Shown: positions 17,952 to 28,804, counted from the stretch's first letter. The stretch is 47,743 bases of DNA from an uncultured Ktedonobacteraceae bacterium (GCA_964250365.1 CAXUGH010000006.1:2157-49899); one strand, 5' to 3'. Numbers and translations are program-made. Notes: generated by a model not told the origin, from the sequence alone.

Positions 17952-19421
17952 TTAGTTCAAAGCAACGCTCGTCACATTTTTATCTTTGTTCAATGTCTTC
18001 AAGGATTTGAAAGTTCTTGTTAGAAGAGGAGATGCCACCGCTCCAAGAATTAACCAACCTGTCATCGCTAATGGAGCAAGAGTCCATCCATTGATGCTTA
18101 TACTATTAACACTTAAAGCTACAATAGCCGCGATTCCTCCTCCAACAAGAGAACGGGTTTGACTATCTGCTAAGAACCAGTTACGCAAAGCCAAACAGAA
18201 AATGAGGAGAAGGAGTGTAAGAAATAGGGCAAGGACTGGCAAGCCAGCCATTGCAGCTATCTCCAGGTAGGCGTTGTGGGGATGTGCTAATGGTACATAT
18301 TGTGCAATGACGCGATAAGGTTCTGCACGAGCGAGATAGCTAAGTAGCCCCAAGCCAATACCTGTAAGGGGAAAAGCGCGAATGACATTTACTCCAGTTT
18401 GCCATGCGGAGAGTCGTGATACTACTTCAGTTGACCCTGTCGCGTGTTGCAGTTCCAAACCGACCTGCGCTGGAAATACATAACCGATAACTACTGCTGC
18501 TACAAGAATGATGCTGAGAATTTGAAAGCGATATCGTATTTGTCCTGCCAGGAGAATAAAGGCGACAAGCCCTGCGAAAACACCAACCCAGGCTCCATTA
18601 CTAAAAATATAAAGCAATGCTGAGATTATCAAGCACATCTCCACAAAGTACAAAACTTTTGTACGGATAGATTGGCTCTCGAAGAAGAGTCCGAGAGGAA
18701 TAAAAAACATCATTGCCATAAAAGCTCCATTCCAGTTAGGGTCAAGAAAGAAAGAGCCGATACGATGAACACCTGTACCTGCTAGTTGATAATTTGATAC
18801 TTGTGCAAGCAAAGCATCATAATGTGTTGTTCCAAATAAGAGAGTTCCTGTTGTGGCCTGAATGATCGTGTGTATCGCAAGCAGCGTACCGAGAGCCGCA
18901 AGCAATTGTAGTACATATCGTAGAGTAAGAATGTTCCGTGCAATGACGGCTCCTAGCCACACTATAATGAGGGGAGCAAAAAAATCATTGAGGTAATACT
19001 CAATTCCGTCATTCCAAGTAACACCACGAGTAGCTGGAAAAATAGCTAAAGCAAGCAGCAATATCCATAGCCAGAAAGCACGAGGACCAACCCAGGGACG
19101 CTGAGGAGATCGAAATAGGAAGAAGACAAAGAGCAATACAAGCACGAGGACCAACGCCATAATTCGCAAGCCTAAGTACCAATCAAGGTAGAGATGAGCG
19201 GCAACTACGAGTACTGCTGCCAACTGATCCTGCCTCAGAGCAATAACAACAACAAATAATAGACTTCCAGCGATTGCTCCCCCGATGGCAGAGTTAAATA
19301 TTCCAAGTACGACACTCAACAATAGCGCAAATACAATTGTGACGAGAAGAAAAGGAGAGAATTGGAACAAGCTCTCACTCATTGTCTTCCAATTCCATGC
19401 CCATGCACTATTTTTTATCAT
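17952..19421 (-). CDS. O-antigen ligase/polymerase family (Wzy-like) membrane protein
   Basis: At least 10 TM helices and a Wzy_C-type loop (PLAHPHNAYLEIAAMAGLP). Confidence 0.85.
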   Translation of the reverse strand: MIKNSAWAWNWKTMSESLFQFSPFLLVTIVFALLLSVVLGIFNSAIGGAIAGSLLFVVVIALRQDQLAAVLVVAAHLYLDWYLGLRIMALVLVLVLLFVFFLFRSPQRPWVGPRAFWLWILLLALAIFPATRGVTWNDGIEYYLNDFFAPLIIVWLGAVIARNILTLRYVLQLLAALGTLLAIHTIIQATTGTLLFGTTHYDALLAQVSNYQLAGTGVHRIGSFFLDPNWNGAFMAMMFFIPLGLFFESQSIRTKVLYFVEMCLIISALLYIFSNGAWVGVFAGLVAFILLAGQIRYRFQILSIILVAAVVIGYVFPAQVGLELQHATGSTEVVSRLSAWQTGVNVIRAFPLTGIGLGLLSYLARAEPYRVIAQYVPLAHPHNAYLEIAAMAGLPVLALFLTLLLLIFCLALRNWFLADSQTRSLVGGGIAAIVALSVNSISINGWTLAPLAMTGWLILGAVASPLLTRTFKSLKTLNKDKNVTSVALN

Positions 19422-19431
19422 CGTTCTGCTC

Positions 19432-20181
19432 CTAAACTCGTTTGTAGCTGTTTAGTTGGACCAAATTTAAGGATTCATTATTGACAATCATTGCAGGCCA
19501 TAACTCAGTCATTTGATGGACTCGCTCTCGACCGACTATCTGAACGGCACGTTGTAAGCCGCGCACAACCGCTGGTGGGCGTTTGTATTGCCCATGTGCA
19601 TCAGAAGCAATACAATGAACTAATCCTTTTTTGAGCAAATTTTCGGCAACTTTTCGAGTTGTATTACCTTGCATTCCCACCAAACTACCAGCAGTCAATT
19701 GTGCCAGAACTCCTCTTTCAACCAAAGCGGCAAGACGGTTTGGCTCCTTCTGAAATGCTCTATAGCGCTCTGGATGAGCAATAATTGGCACTATTCCAGC
19801 CGACTGTAGCTCAAAAATTACCCGATCTGTTTCAGGAAGCCATGTACTGTTCCATAATTCAAGGAGCAAATAACGACTATTGTTGAGTGTTGCCAAGTTT
19901 CCTTTTCTAATTTCTTCTACCAATCCGGGTGTTATAAGAGCCTCATGACCTGGATAGAGACGTAGTGATATCGAGCGACGAATTAACTCCTGCTGCAAAC
20001 TCTGAATCCGTTCTTGAACTTCTGCCACCGTTCGTTGCTGAAACTCATCGTTATAGTGAGGAGTTGCAATTCCAGCATACACGCCCTCTTGTACCAGCGA
20101 TTGTGCGAGCAGAATAGACTCTTCCATCGTCTCTGGACCATCATCTACGCCATACAAGATGTGCAAATGAGTATCAATCAT
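19432..20181 (-). CDS. CpsB/CapC-type PHP-family protein-tyrosine phosphatase
   Basis: MIDTHLHILYGVDDGP, ATPH, HPERY and ASDAH metal-binding motifs. Start at ATG 20181 (AGGAG 7 nt upstream) matches family N-termini; ATG 20199 (ATGA overlap) is the alternative. Confidence 0.9.
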   Translation of the reverse strand: MIDTHLHILYGVDDGPETMEESILLAQSLVQEGVYAGIATPHYNDEFQQRTVAEVQERIQSLQQELIRRSISLRLYPGHEALITPGLVEEIRKGNLATLNNSRYLLLELWNSTWLPETDRVIFELQSAGIVPIIAHPERYRAFQKEPNRLAALVERGVLAQLTAGSLVGMQGNTTRKVAENLLKKGLVHCIASDAHGQYKRPPAVVRGLQRAVQIVGRERVHQMTELWPAMIVNNESLNLVQLNSYKRV

Positions 20182-20195
20182 AGTTCTTCTCCTTC

Positions 20196-22196
20196 TCATT
20201 TGCAGAAATAATCAATAGTAACATTTGTATCTTCGCTCAGGTTGTGAGAGAAGAGTACATTCTCTTTACCACTATTTGTCATCCCGTGCGTCATGTTGTT
20301 AATCTTCGCGCAAGATGGCAACGTTACCTGCAAATTAAAGTTCCATCGTGTTCCTGCCTGTTTTTGTACTGTATCTACATATTGCCAGTTACTCGTGTTC
20401 TTCATCGCGGTTTTGGATGTCTTCCACACAAAGGAAATAGTTCGCGTTTGACCGTAAGAAAGTGTAAAGGAGCCAGCCCATACTTCATGTCCAAAGACAT
20501 TGCTTACACCGCGTTGCTCCCATCCATCTTGCGCTTGTAAAACACTCCCCGATGGTACATACACACGCGTAAAATCCTGATAGAGAGAAGAACCGTAGTA
20601 AAGTCCTTTGGTTGTCCATGCATAGGTGATAGTTGTACGATGCGTGACTGTACCATCTGCTGCAATAAACACATGATCATTCATGCTATCGGTAATAAAA
20701 TTATTTGCTTTATTTCCTGAAATATTTGCATCTACAACAAAAATATTATCGTGGTCTGGTTGCTGGATAGCACCATCAAGATGAAGCTGATGCAAGAGGC
20801 TCTCAGCTTCATCTTGATTGAAATATACCTGAATATCCTTCGTATGCATTGCATCTATAAGAAGTTGCACAAACTTAGATGTATCGGAGGATGGTAACTG
20901 GCGAACACGAGCAAGAAAATATTCTGCTAGTAATGCTGTAAAATGCTTACGGTCTGATGATTGCCCATCTGGTGCTAAAACTAGTCCTTTTTCTTCATCC
21001 ACTCGTCCTAACTGATAATAATGGATACGATCAATCAGATTCTGTGCAGTAACCGTCTCCTGGTACTCTGGAATGCTAATAGGTCCAGTGATTTGAAGGG
21101 CATGCTGAATCAATGCTGGTGTTATAGCAATCACTCCTTGAACAGGAACACGACCTCCTTCTTGTATATAATTTTGCTCACTATATTGTGCAGCAACAGG
21201 AAAATCTGCATCCAGATTAGAGTCACGAAAGCTCCAACTCGCCGGAGAGAGAGTAAACCATGAGTAAGCCTTAGGATAAGAAATTTTATGACCGGAATCT
21301 ACGAAGGGCTTATCGAGTAAATAACTATCTCTGATGTTAGCAGTCGTTAATCGCGCCCCTGAAAGAGTTGCAATGCCATAGTTGCCAATGAAACCTCCTC
21401 CTGGTCTCAGTTCAGTCGAGTCAAGAACTTCTATCAAATAGTTTGCCGATGTTCCAATGCCAAGCAAAGCAGGCATTACAGGAATAACATTTTCAACAAG
21501 AGTAAACCACGCACGTAACGTTGGTAGTTCTTGTTGAAAGGTATGCAACAGCGTTACAAGATGTGGATCAAACGCGAGTTGACTCGGTTGCACTTGTTTC
21601 AACTGGTCTGCTATTTGATTGAACGCGGCTCCAATTTTCTGAGCGTTCTGCTGTATAGCAGCAATATCAGTCTTTGAGAGTTCTTGCCCATTGATAGGAT
21701 TGTGTAAATGAGAAATGAGTAAGTTGAGAGTATCGCAAGCGACCAAGCCGTTTTGTGACACCTCGACAGCCACCGGAAGCAAGTGTTGAGCAGCATAAAG
21801 CCTATTTCCATATATAGGAAACGAGCTTCCACTCGCGGGTACTAACTGCATATCATTTTCGAGATGAATAAAAATAGGTGTGGCAGCGGCGAATTCTCGC
21901 CGCGCTTCATTCACAGGATAACTATCAAGAACATTCTTTGAGTATCCTGCTAGGAAAACTTCAGCCTTCTTCAAATGCTGAATGCCTACCTGTGCTAATA
22001 ATTGATCACTATGAAAGCGTGTATCATACACGATAAAGCCAACAACCGTAAGAATTGTGCCAAGTAATACCGAGGTCAAAAGAATACCTAGCAGCACATA
22101 ATACCTCTTCGGCTTCTTTCTTCTATGATATACGCGCACTCGTACTTGTTCTTTATCTTTTACATGTGTTTGATCCGCCATAGTCGTATATTTCAT
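20196..22196 (-). CDS. DUF4012-like membrane-anchored extracytoplasmic protein
   Basis: Basic N-terminus plus a single TM, then a large domain with ELRPGGGFIGNYG, which I associate from memory with DUF4012 proteins of Gram-positive-type EPS loci. Confidence 0.65.
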   Translation of the reverse strand: MKYTTMADQTHVKDKEQVRVRVYHRRKKPKRYYVLLGILLTSVLLGTILTVVGFIVYDTRFHSDQLLAQVGIQHLKKAEVFLAGYSKNVLDSYPVNEARREFAAATPIFIHLENDMQLVPASGSSFPIYGNRLYAAQHLLPVAVEVSQNGLVACDTLNLLISHLHNPINGQELSKTDIAAIQQNAQKIGAAFNQIADQLKQVQPSQLAFDPHLVTLLHTFQQELPTLRAWFTLVENVIPVMPALLGIGTSANYLIEVLDSTELRPGGGFIGNYGIATLSGARLTTANIRDSYLLDKPFVDSGHKISYPKAYSWFTLSPASWSFRDSNLDADFPVAAQYSEQNYIQEGGRVPVQGVIAITPALIQHALQITGPISIPEYQETVTAQNLIDRIHYYQLGRVDEEKGLVLAPDGQSSDRKHFTALLAEYFLARVRQLPSSDTSKFVQLLIDAMHTKDIQVYFNQDEAESLLHQLHLDGAIQQPDHDNIFVVDANISGNKANNFITDSMNDHVFIAADGTVTHRTTITYAWTTKGLYYGSSLYQDFTRVYVPSGSVLQAQDGWEQRGVSNVFGHEVWAGSFTLSYGQTRTISFVWKTSKTAMKNTSNWQYVDTVQKQAGTRWNFNLQVTLPSCAKINNMTHGMTNSGKENVLFSHNLSEDTNVTIDYFCK

Positions 22197-22204
22197 CTTT
22201 CCTA

Positions 22205-23935
22205 CTATTCGATTGATCTAACTGTCTGCACCTTTTGAGTTTTTTGTTCTTCCTGAATTAGTGGTACAGGCGTGGTAGGAAGAGTTTCAGCAGGCTTGCC
22301 TTTCTTTACCTTCTGACTCTCTGCATTTCTCTGTTCTTGAGAACGGTAGTAGGAGTAGTAGGAATAGTCACTATCACGACGGTTACGACGTTGCTTGTTC
22401 ACCACATAACCAACCACCCGCGTTCCAGTTTGCCGCAAGATAGCTTCTAATCGCTCAAAATTGCTCTTTTTCGCGCGTGTGATATCGACCACCACGAGTG
22501 TACTATCAACCTTTGAGGCAATAATACTGGCATCAGACAAGCCTATGATTGGAGGACCATCAAAGATGACTATCTCCATGTTTGTGTTCGCGATAGTTGT
22601 GAGAAGACGCTGCATAGATTTTGAGTCGAGCAGTTCTGAAGGATTGGGGGGCAAAGGTCCAGAAGGCATAACCCATAGATTAGGAATGCTAACCGAGTGT
22701 AAGAAAGGACTAAGTGTTGTATCTTGTACCTTTGCACCGTTTGAAAGCTGAGTAGTATTCGCCTTGGAGGTACTACCGGCTGCAAGAATAGCATTACTTA
22801 ATCCCATTCTATCGGCAGGAATATCGAAGAGAGCGTGTAAAGATGGCTTATGCAAGTCTGCATCGATGAGAAGAGTGTTCTTTCCTGCCTTTGCCATAAA
22901 AATTGCTAAATTCGCCGCTGTCGTACTCTTACCTTCAGAAGGAAGGCCACTTGTAACCAATAAGAAGCGCAAAGGCTTGTCAATGCCTGAGAATCCAATG
23001 TTTGTGCGGAGAATACGATAGGCTTCATTACTTGCATTTTGCCCTATTGAATTCATACCATCCTCTTTCTTAGAGGATGTGTACCAAACCGTAGTGAGTA
23101 CAGGCCAACTTGTCAGTTTACCAAGAGCTTCTCCTGTTCTGACCCGTGTATCCAACTGAGAGTAAGCTAGAGCCAGTAGAACACCTAATAACAAGCCAGC
23201 TAGCAGGCCAATGCCAGTATTAAGCGTCACATTTGGTTGATGAACTTTAGTGGCAGGTTGCGCTGCTTGAACTACGCGAAGAACGTCTTGATTTTGCGCT
23301 TGACTCAATTCGAGTTGAGCTAACGCGGTCTGACCTTGATTGTAATGCTGTTGCAATCCATTAAGTTCTGTTTGTGCAACCTCGATGAGTGCTTGCTTCC
23401 CTCCCTGAGATTGCATACTTGCAATTCTGTTTGTAAGATCATCTATTTGTTTGCGCGTATTCGCAAGGTCTTGCTGAAGTTGTTGCTGCCCTCTAGCATT
23501 ATCCTGCTGCGTCAACTGTAGTTGTTGTTTAATGAGCGTTGCAGCAACATCATTGGCAAGAACAGCTGCCCTTTGAGGATTTGCATCTAACACGTCGATC
23601 TCAAGTAATTGCGTATTAGGTCTAGCCGAAGAGCTTACGTGTTTTGCAAGGTCCTCTACAGACAAATTGGGGTAGTGAGAGGCAACTTCGCGAAGCACTG
23701 GATCACTCGTTGCTAGCAGAGCTTCAGTCTGAACGAGTTGATCACTAGCCAACAAACTGTTATAGTCGGATTGGCTACTCGATGAATGAACAACCACATC
23801 AATTAATACGGACGATTGGTAGAGAGGAGTAGTCAATTTACTTACAGTAAAGGTTCCTACACCTACCAACACCAAACAAAGGAAAACCAGCTTCCATTGT
23901 TTGACCAATACAGCCCAATACTGTGCAAACGTCAT
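22205..23935 (-). CDS. Polysaccharide co-polymerase / BY-kinase (Wzc-like tyrosine autokinase)
   Basis: Wzz-like N-domain with two TMs and a coiled coil. Walker A SGLPSEGKSTTAANLA, Walker A' LLIDADLHKP, and a Tyr cluster DSDYSYYSYYRS. Confidence 0.9.
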   Translation of the reverse strand: MTFAQYWAVLVKQWKLVFLCLVLVGVGTFTVSKLTTPLYQSSVLIDVVVHSSSSQSDYNSLLASDQLVQTEALLATSDPVLREVASHYPNLSVEDLAKHVSSSARPNTQLLEIDVLDANPQRAAVLANDVAATLIKQQLQLTQQDNARGQQQLQQDLANTRKQIDDLTNRIASMQSQGGKQALIEVAQTELNGLQQHYNQGQTALAQLELSQAQNQDVLRVVQAAQPATKVHQPNVTLNTGIGLLAGLLLGVLLALAYSQLDTRVRTGEALGKLTSWPVLTTVWYTSSKKEDGMNSIGQNASNEAYRILRTNIGFSGIDKPLRFLLVTSGLPSEGKSTTAANLAIFMAKAGKNTLLIDADLHKPSLHALFDIPADRMGLSNAILAAGSTSKANTTQLSNGAKVQDTTLSPFLHSVSIPNLWVMPSGPLPPNPSELLDSKSMQRLLTTIANTNMEIVIFDGPPIIGLSDASIIASKVDSTLVVVDITRAKKSNFERLEAILRQTGTRVVGYVVNKQRRNRRDSDYSYYSYYRSQEQRNAESQKVKKGKPAETLPTTPVPLIQEEQKTQKVQTVRSIE

Positions 23936-24008
23936 TTTCTTGTTCTCCTCAAAATTTAAAGCTAAACGTTTGTCTCATCAATTCTTCACTTCTTCCAGTT
24001 CAGACTAC

Positions 24009-25280
24009 CTAATCGAGTGCAGAAACGAAGGGAGTTTGAACTACTTTTTTATCAAGTAGACGAGTAATACATCCATCAAATGCAGCGACGAGTCTATCAC
24101 GATCAAATTTTTCCTCAGCATATGTTCGGCCTCGCATTCCTAGCATTGTAGCCTGTTGTGGATGCTCAAACAGATGTAGTATTGCAGATACCAGAGCGGT
24201 AGAATTTTCTGGCTCAACATACATAGCAGCACCCGCTTCTATCTCCGCGACTCGACGAGCCTCTCCATCTACTCCCAGCAAAATAGGGCGACCACAGGAC
24301 ATAATTTCAAACAATTTTGCCGGTAGCAACCCTTTAAGTACATTGGCTTTGCGTGCAGGGATAAGGCAAATATCACCTGCAGCATAAATCAAAGGCATTT
24401 TTTGATTGGATTGAGCATCAACAAAGGTAACATTCTTCAAGTTGCACCTCTTCGCCTCTTCTTTTAAGAATGTCTTTTCTCCGCCATCGCCGACAAACAC
24501 AAACTGAATATCCGTTCTATCGTGCAATTGACCAGCAGCATTCAGGATAGTTGTTAATCCATGAACAACTCCATGAGTACCAGCATAAAGCACCGTAAAT
24601 TTTTCGTTCCAACCAAGTTCAATACGAGCCTGAGCTGATGTTTTTGGTAGCGGTCGAAATAAAGTAGTATCTACACCATTTATGCCCAGGAAGATTCGAT
24701 CCGGTGAAAGTCCTCGTCGGATAAGGTTATCGCGAACGCCTTCCGCCACAACCCATATAAGGCTTGCATGTTTGTATGCCGACTTCTCTAACCAGTGAGC
24801 CAAACGAATGAGCAGAGGATTACGCAATTTACCGAGTTGTATTGGTGTTTCGGGCCAGAGATCTGAAACCCAAAGAACAACAGGACTACGCTTCCACAAC
24901 GATAGAAGACGACCAATCATGAAATGGAAGAGCGGAGGTGATTGTACGACAATCACATCAGGACGACCAATACGATACCCACCAAGTAACGGAGCTAGAA
25001 AGGTAAAGGTAAGATGAGGCAAAATACGTCTCAAAAATGTTGTATTCGAGTTGACATAGTTCCAAACGCGCACAACTCGTACACCTTCAAGCATCTCTTC
25101 CTGAATGAGGTGTCCACGATATTTTTGTGGGACAATTCCAGTTGGATAATTAGGAACTGTCGTTAATACAGTTACTTGATGCCCCAGTTTAACAAGCCTT
25201 TTCGCTGTCTCGCTGATACGCACCATAGCCGCCCCTTTCTCCGGCAGATAATAATATGTGATAAAAAGAATGTGAGACAC
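24009..25280 (-). CDS. Glycosyltransferase family 4 (WcaI-like)
   Basis: ILFITYYYLPEKGAAMVR N-terminus and an AKLFEIMSCGRPILLG EX7E motif. GTG start at 25280 with a GAGGTG RBS. Confidence 0.85.
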   Translation of the reverse strand: MSHILFITYYYLPEKGAAMVRISETAKRLVKLGHQVTVLTTVPNYPTGIVPQKYRGHLIQEEMLEGVRVVRVWNYVNSNTTFLRRILPHLTFTFLAPLLGGYRIGRPDVIVVQSPPLFHFMIGRLLSLWKRSPVVLWVSDLWPETPIQLGKLRNPLLIRLAHWLEKSAYKHASLIWVVAEGVRDNLIRRGLSPDRIFLGINGVDTTLFRPLPKTSAQARIELGWNEKFTVLYAGTHGVVHGLTTILNAAGQLHDRTDIQFVFVGDGGEKTFLKEEAKRCNLKNVTFVDAQSNQKMPLIYAAGDICLIPARKANVLKGLLPAKLFEIMSCGRPILLGVDGEARRVAEIEAGAAMYVEPENSTALVSAILHLFEHPQQATMLGMRGRTYAEEKFDRDRLVAAFDGCITRLLDKKVVQTPFVSALD

Positions 25281-25324
25281 AATTTCACCTCTTACTTAAA
25301 CTTTACAAATAACGGTGTATACTT

Positions 25325-26374
25325 TTACCAACTTCGCGCAATACGTTTCGCTGCATCGCCCTCTCCAAATAGGTTTTGTTTTTGTACTTGGGGCTTTGGT
25401 TTATCTACAGCACTAAGAATTGTAGGCCAATGCGTTCCTGCTAATGTATTCCAACCTGCATAGACTGTTTCAATCCATTCAGTCTCTTCGCGTAACGTTA
25501 CACATGGCACCTCAAGAAAAAATGCTTCTTTTTGCACTCCACCAGAGTCGGTGAGAATACGAAAAGCCTCTCGTTCCAGTGCCAGCATGTCGAGATAGCC
25601 AACCGGATCAATCAAATGAACATGCTTCTCCCAGATAAGGCCAGAACGTTCTAAAAAGACTCGTGTACGTGGATGCACTGGAAATATTACTGGAAGTTCC
25701 AGCCGATTTAATGCATGTGCAATCGCTTGAATCGCCTCGGAATTGTCTGTATTGGCAGCACGATGTACAGTTACTAGTATGTAGCCTTGCGATGAAACAC
25801 CCAACTTCGTTAAAATTTTCTCCGCGTGAGTGTCAATTTTAGATTGGACTTGAAGCAACATATCATACATAACGTCACCTACCATCTCGACATTTTGTGT
25901 AATTCCTTCATTGCTTAATTGTCGTCTGGCGGTTTCTACTGGACAGAACAAACGGCTGGAAACATGGTCAGTAACCACCCGATTGATCTCCTCTGGCATA
26001 GCACGGTTAAAGCTTCGGAGTCCTGCTTCAACATGTGCAACTGGAATGTGTAATTTTGTAGCTGCCAAAGCACCTGCTAGTGTAGAGTTTGTATCACCAT
26101 ACACAACTACCCAATCAGGAGACTCTTTTATCAATACTGCCTCGATTGTCTCAAGCATACGACCGGTCTGTACACCATGCGTACCGGAGCCAACGTCGAG
26201 ATGATAGTTAGGTACAGGAATATTCAGTTCATCAAAGAACTGCATAGACATGTTATAGTCGTAATGCTGTCCCGTATGAATGATAATTTCGTTGTGTCTC
26301 TGCCTTATTGCATGACTGACAGGAGCCAGTTTGATAAACTGAGGACGTGCCCCTACAATAGATGCTACCAGCAC
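25325..26374 (-). CDS. wecB: UDP-N-acetylglucosamine 2-epimerase (non-hydrolysing) family; WbpI-like by context
   Basis: IVGARPQFIKLAPV, HTGQHYD, GDTNSTLAGALAA and SGGVQKEA motifs. GTG start shares 1 nt with the upstream stop (TAGTG). Confidence 0.9.
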   Translation of the reverse strand: MLVASIVGARPQFIKLAPVSHAIRQRHNEIIIHTGQHYDYNMSMQFFDELNIPVPNYHLDVGSGTHGVQTGRMLETIEAVLIKESPDWVVVYGDTNSTLAGALAATKLHIPVAHVEAGLRSFNRAMPEEINRVVTDHVSSRLFCPVETARRQLSNEGITQNVEMVGDVMYDMLLQVQSKIDTHAEKILTKLGVSSQGYILVTVHRAANTDNSEAIQAIAHALNRLELPVIFPVHPRTRVFLERSGLIWEKHVHLIDPVGYLDMLALEREAFRILTDSGGVQKEAFFLEVPCVTLREETEWIETVYAGWNTLAGTHWPTILSAVDKPKPQVQKQNLFGEGDAAKRIARSW

Positions 26375-27792
26375 TACTTACCTTCTCCTTCTCCTTGAAA
26401 AGCCAGCGAGAGCTGCTGCATGTCTTTCTGCATTCCTATTTTTTCACTGCTGTTATTGCCAATGCTTATGTAGCGTATGCCTTGCGCTGAAACTTTTTCC
26501 TGGTTCAGTGCGCGGCGCCCGTCCAGCACTACCTTACAATGTGGAAAACGACTGAAATTCAATTCCTGGTATTTAGGATGAGCTGCTTGCAAAATAATCG
26601 CGCATATCTTGTTTTCGTACTCCGGTAGAAGTGGTGTATACCCCAATGCAGTGAGTTCTGAAGCACTAAATAGCGGATCGTCAATATAGACAGTGGCACC
26701 GTGTTCTATCAGAGCGTTTTGCAGCAACCGAGCACTTGTAAAAGCAGTTTCTCGCACGTTCCCACGATAGGCTGCTCCAAGAATGAGTACCGACTGATGC
26801 TCTAACCGATGAACAACACTTTCGATACGCTGTACGGCATATTCTGCCATTTCATCGTTAATGCGACGTGCGAGACGTGGCAGCGTAAGCGTGGGTAGTT
26901 GAGTGTCAGATATTTGCATATTTTTATCTTCGGTTCCCGCCAACAGAAAGTACGGGTAAACCGGAATGCAGTGTCCACCGACACCAACACCAGGACTATG
27001 AATGTGTGAGTAGGGTTGCGTGTTAGCAGCCATTATTGCCCGCCCGACATCGAGGCGGTGTGCATCAGCGAAACGGGCATATTCATTCGCTAGCGCGATG
27101 TTGACATCTCGGTAGGTTGTTTCAATGAGTTTGACGAACTCTGCTTCGTCCGTTGATTGCATCGTAATAATGTCGGCGTCTAACACAGATGCATAAAAAG
27201 CACTTACCGCAGCTATACTTTGCTCATTAATGCCGCCTACGACCTTGGGATAGTTCCTCAAATCGCGGAAGATCGTGCCTGAAGAGACACGCTCAGGGCT
27301 GTACGCGAGCAAGAAATCTTGGCCTGCCTGCAATCCCGATGCCTGTTCAAGAATACTCCGCAAGCGTATAGAGGTTGTACCTACCGGTAACGTCGTCTCA
27401 TAAATGACGAGCGTTTCCGGCTGTAGAGCTGTACCTACCGCTTTCGTTGCCGCATCAAGTGCTGTGAAATCCGGCTGATGAAATTCATCGACAACAACAG
27501 GCACAATCACGACAACAACTCTCGCCTGAGATATGGCCTCGGAAAAGTCTGAAGTTGCGGAAAGCATCCCTTTTTGCACGAATGCAGCAACCTCGGACTC
27601 TAGTTCCGGCTCCTCTCGTACATGCGATTGTCCTGAGTTAATGGTGGCAACTACTTGCGGATTTATATCCACACCAAGCACCTGTCGTCCATGACGGGCA
27701 TATTGCACTGCAAGTGGAAGACCTATCTTTCCCAAACCAATAACAGCAACTGGTGCAGAGGGAGAAGAAATGCTAGGCAAATTGGGTTGCAT
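26374..27792 (-). CDS. UDP-sugar 6-dehydrogenase (WbpA/WecC-like UDP-N-acetylhexosamine dehydrogenase)
   Basis: VAVIGLGKIGLPLAVQYA Rossmann motif and a catalytic Cys region GVGVGGHCIPVYP. Start ATG 27792, or 27807. Confidence 0.9.
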   Translation of the reverse strand: MQPNLPSISSPSAPVAVIGLGKIGLPLAVQYARHGRQVLGVDINPQVVATINSGQSHVREEPELESEVAAFVQKGMLSATSDFSEAISQARVVVVIVPVVVDEFHQPDFTALDAATKAVGTALQPETLVIYETTLPVGTTSIRLRSILEQASGLQAGQDFLLAYSPERVSSGTIFRDLRNYPKVVGGINEQSIAAVSAFYASVLDADIITMQSTDEAEFVKLIETTYRDVNIALANEYARFADAHRLDVGRAIMAANTQPYSHIHSPGVGVGGHCIPVYPYFLLAGTEDKNMQISDTQLPTLTLPRLARRINDEMAEYAVQRIESVVHRLEHQSVLILGAAYRGNVRETAFTSARLLQNALIEHGATVYIDDPLFSASELTALGYTPLLPEYENKICAIILQAAHPKYQELNFSRFPHCKVVLDGRRALNQEKVSAQGIRYISIGNNSSEKIGMQKDMQQLSLAFQGEGEGK

Positions 27793-28804
27793 GAACCACC
27801 TCCACATGCATATCTTGCTTCTTCTCTTGCGTTGACTCTGTAAGCTGATTCACAACTTTAAAGACGGCTAAACCTTCTTCTCCTGAGACAGTGGGAGGCG
27901 TATCCTGCCGTATGGCGGCGAAAACGTCTTCGTACTCTAAATGTAAAGGTTCAGCTTTTTGAATTTTCAGGCGAGTCATGGTGCCTTCACTCACTCCCGT
28001 AAGAGAACGCATAGCATCCCATGTGGTAAGCGTATAATCATTCTCGTAGAAATACACATCCTGTGTTAGATAGTTGACGAGGTACATTCCCTTCTCACCG
28101 GTGATAGTCAGTTCGCGCACTTTTGTTGGGGTCAACCAATTGACATCAAGCACGCCTGTTATTCTATTTGCAAAACGCAGAATGCCTATCAACAAATCTT
28201 CGTGCGTATTATGAATTTGACGTTGTGTTTCTGCATACACCTGCTGGACCTCTGAACGCGCAAGGCCAAGCATGACATCAATATCATGAGTTGCGAGATC
28301 GAGAGTTACTCCTACGTCACGGATACGAGGTGGAAATGGACCAAGACGACGCGCATGCATGTGGAAAACACGCCCTAATTCTTCGGCGGCTATGCGTTGT
28401 TTGACGGCAATAATTGCTGGATTAAAGCGTTCAACATGACCAATAGCCAACTTGACGCTCTGTGTACGTGCGATTTGTATAAGTGTAAGTGCTTCTTCTA
28501 TCGTACTCGCCATTGGCTTTTCGAGTAGCACATTGCACCCCTGGCCCATAGCGTATGCAGCGACTTCAAAATGGAGTTGTGTTGGTACGACGACTGCAAC
28601 CAGGTCGGGATGCGTCTCCTCGATCATTTGGCGATAATCTACATAGCCAGCTACGTGAAAGCGACTCATCGCATTCTTCAAGCATTGCTCATTCGTATCC
28701 GCAACACCCACAAGCTGCACGAGTTCCTCGTGAAAATTTTTCAGAACTCGTACATGGTTCATGCCCATCGAGCCTGCACCTACAATGCCAACCTTTAGCC
28801 GCAT
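27773..28804 (-). CDS. Gfo/Idh/MocA oxidoreductase (WbpB-like UDP-sugar 3-dehydrogenase candidate)
   Basis: LKVGIVGAGSMGMNHVRVL and LLEKPMA motifs. Start ATG 28804 with GGAGGA 8 nt upstream. Confidence 0.85.
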   Translation of the reverse strand: MRLKVGIVGAGSMGMNHVRVLKNFHEELVQLVGVADTNEQCLKNAMSRFHVAGYVDYRQMIEETHPDLVAVVVPTQLHFEVAAYAMGQGCNVLLEKPMASTIEEALTLIQIARTQSVKLAIGHVERFNPAIIAVKQRIAAEELGRVFHMHARRLGPFPPRIRDVGVTLDLATHDIDVMLGLARSEVQQVYAETQRQIHNTHEDLLIGILRFANRITGVLDVNWLTPTKVRELTITGEKGMYLVNYLTQDVYFYENDYTLTTWDAMRSLTGVSEGTMTRLKIQKAEPLHLEYEDVFAAIRQDTPPTVSGEEGLAVFKVVNQLTESTQEKKQDMHVEVVHATQFA

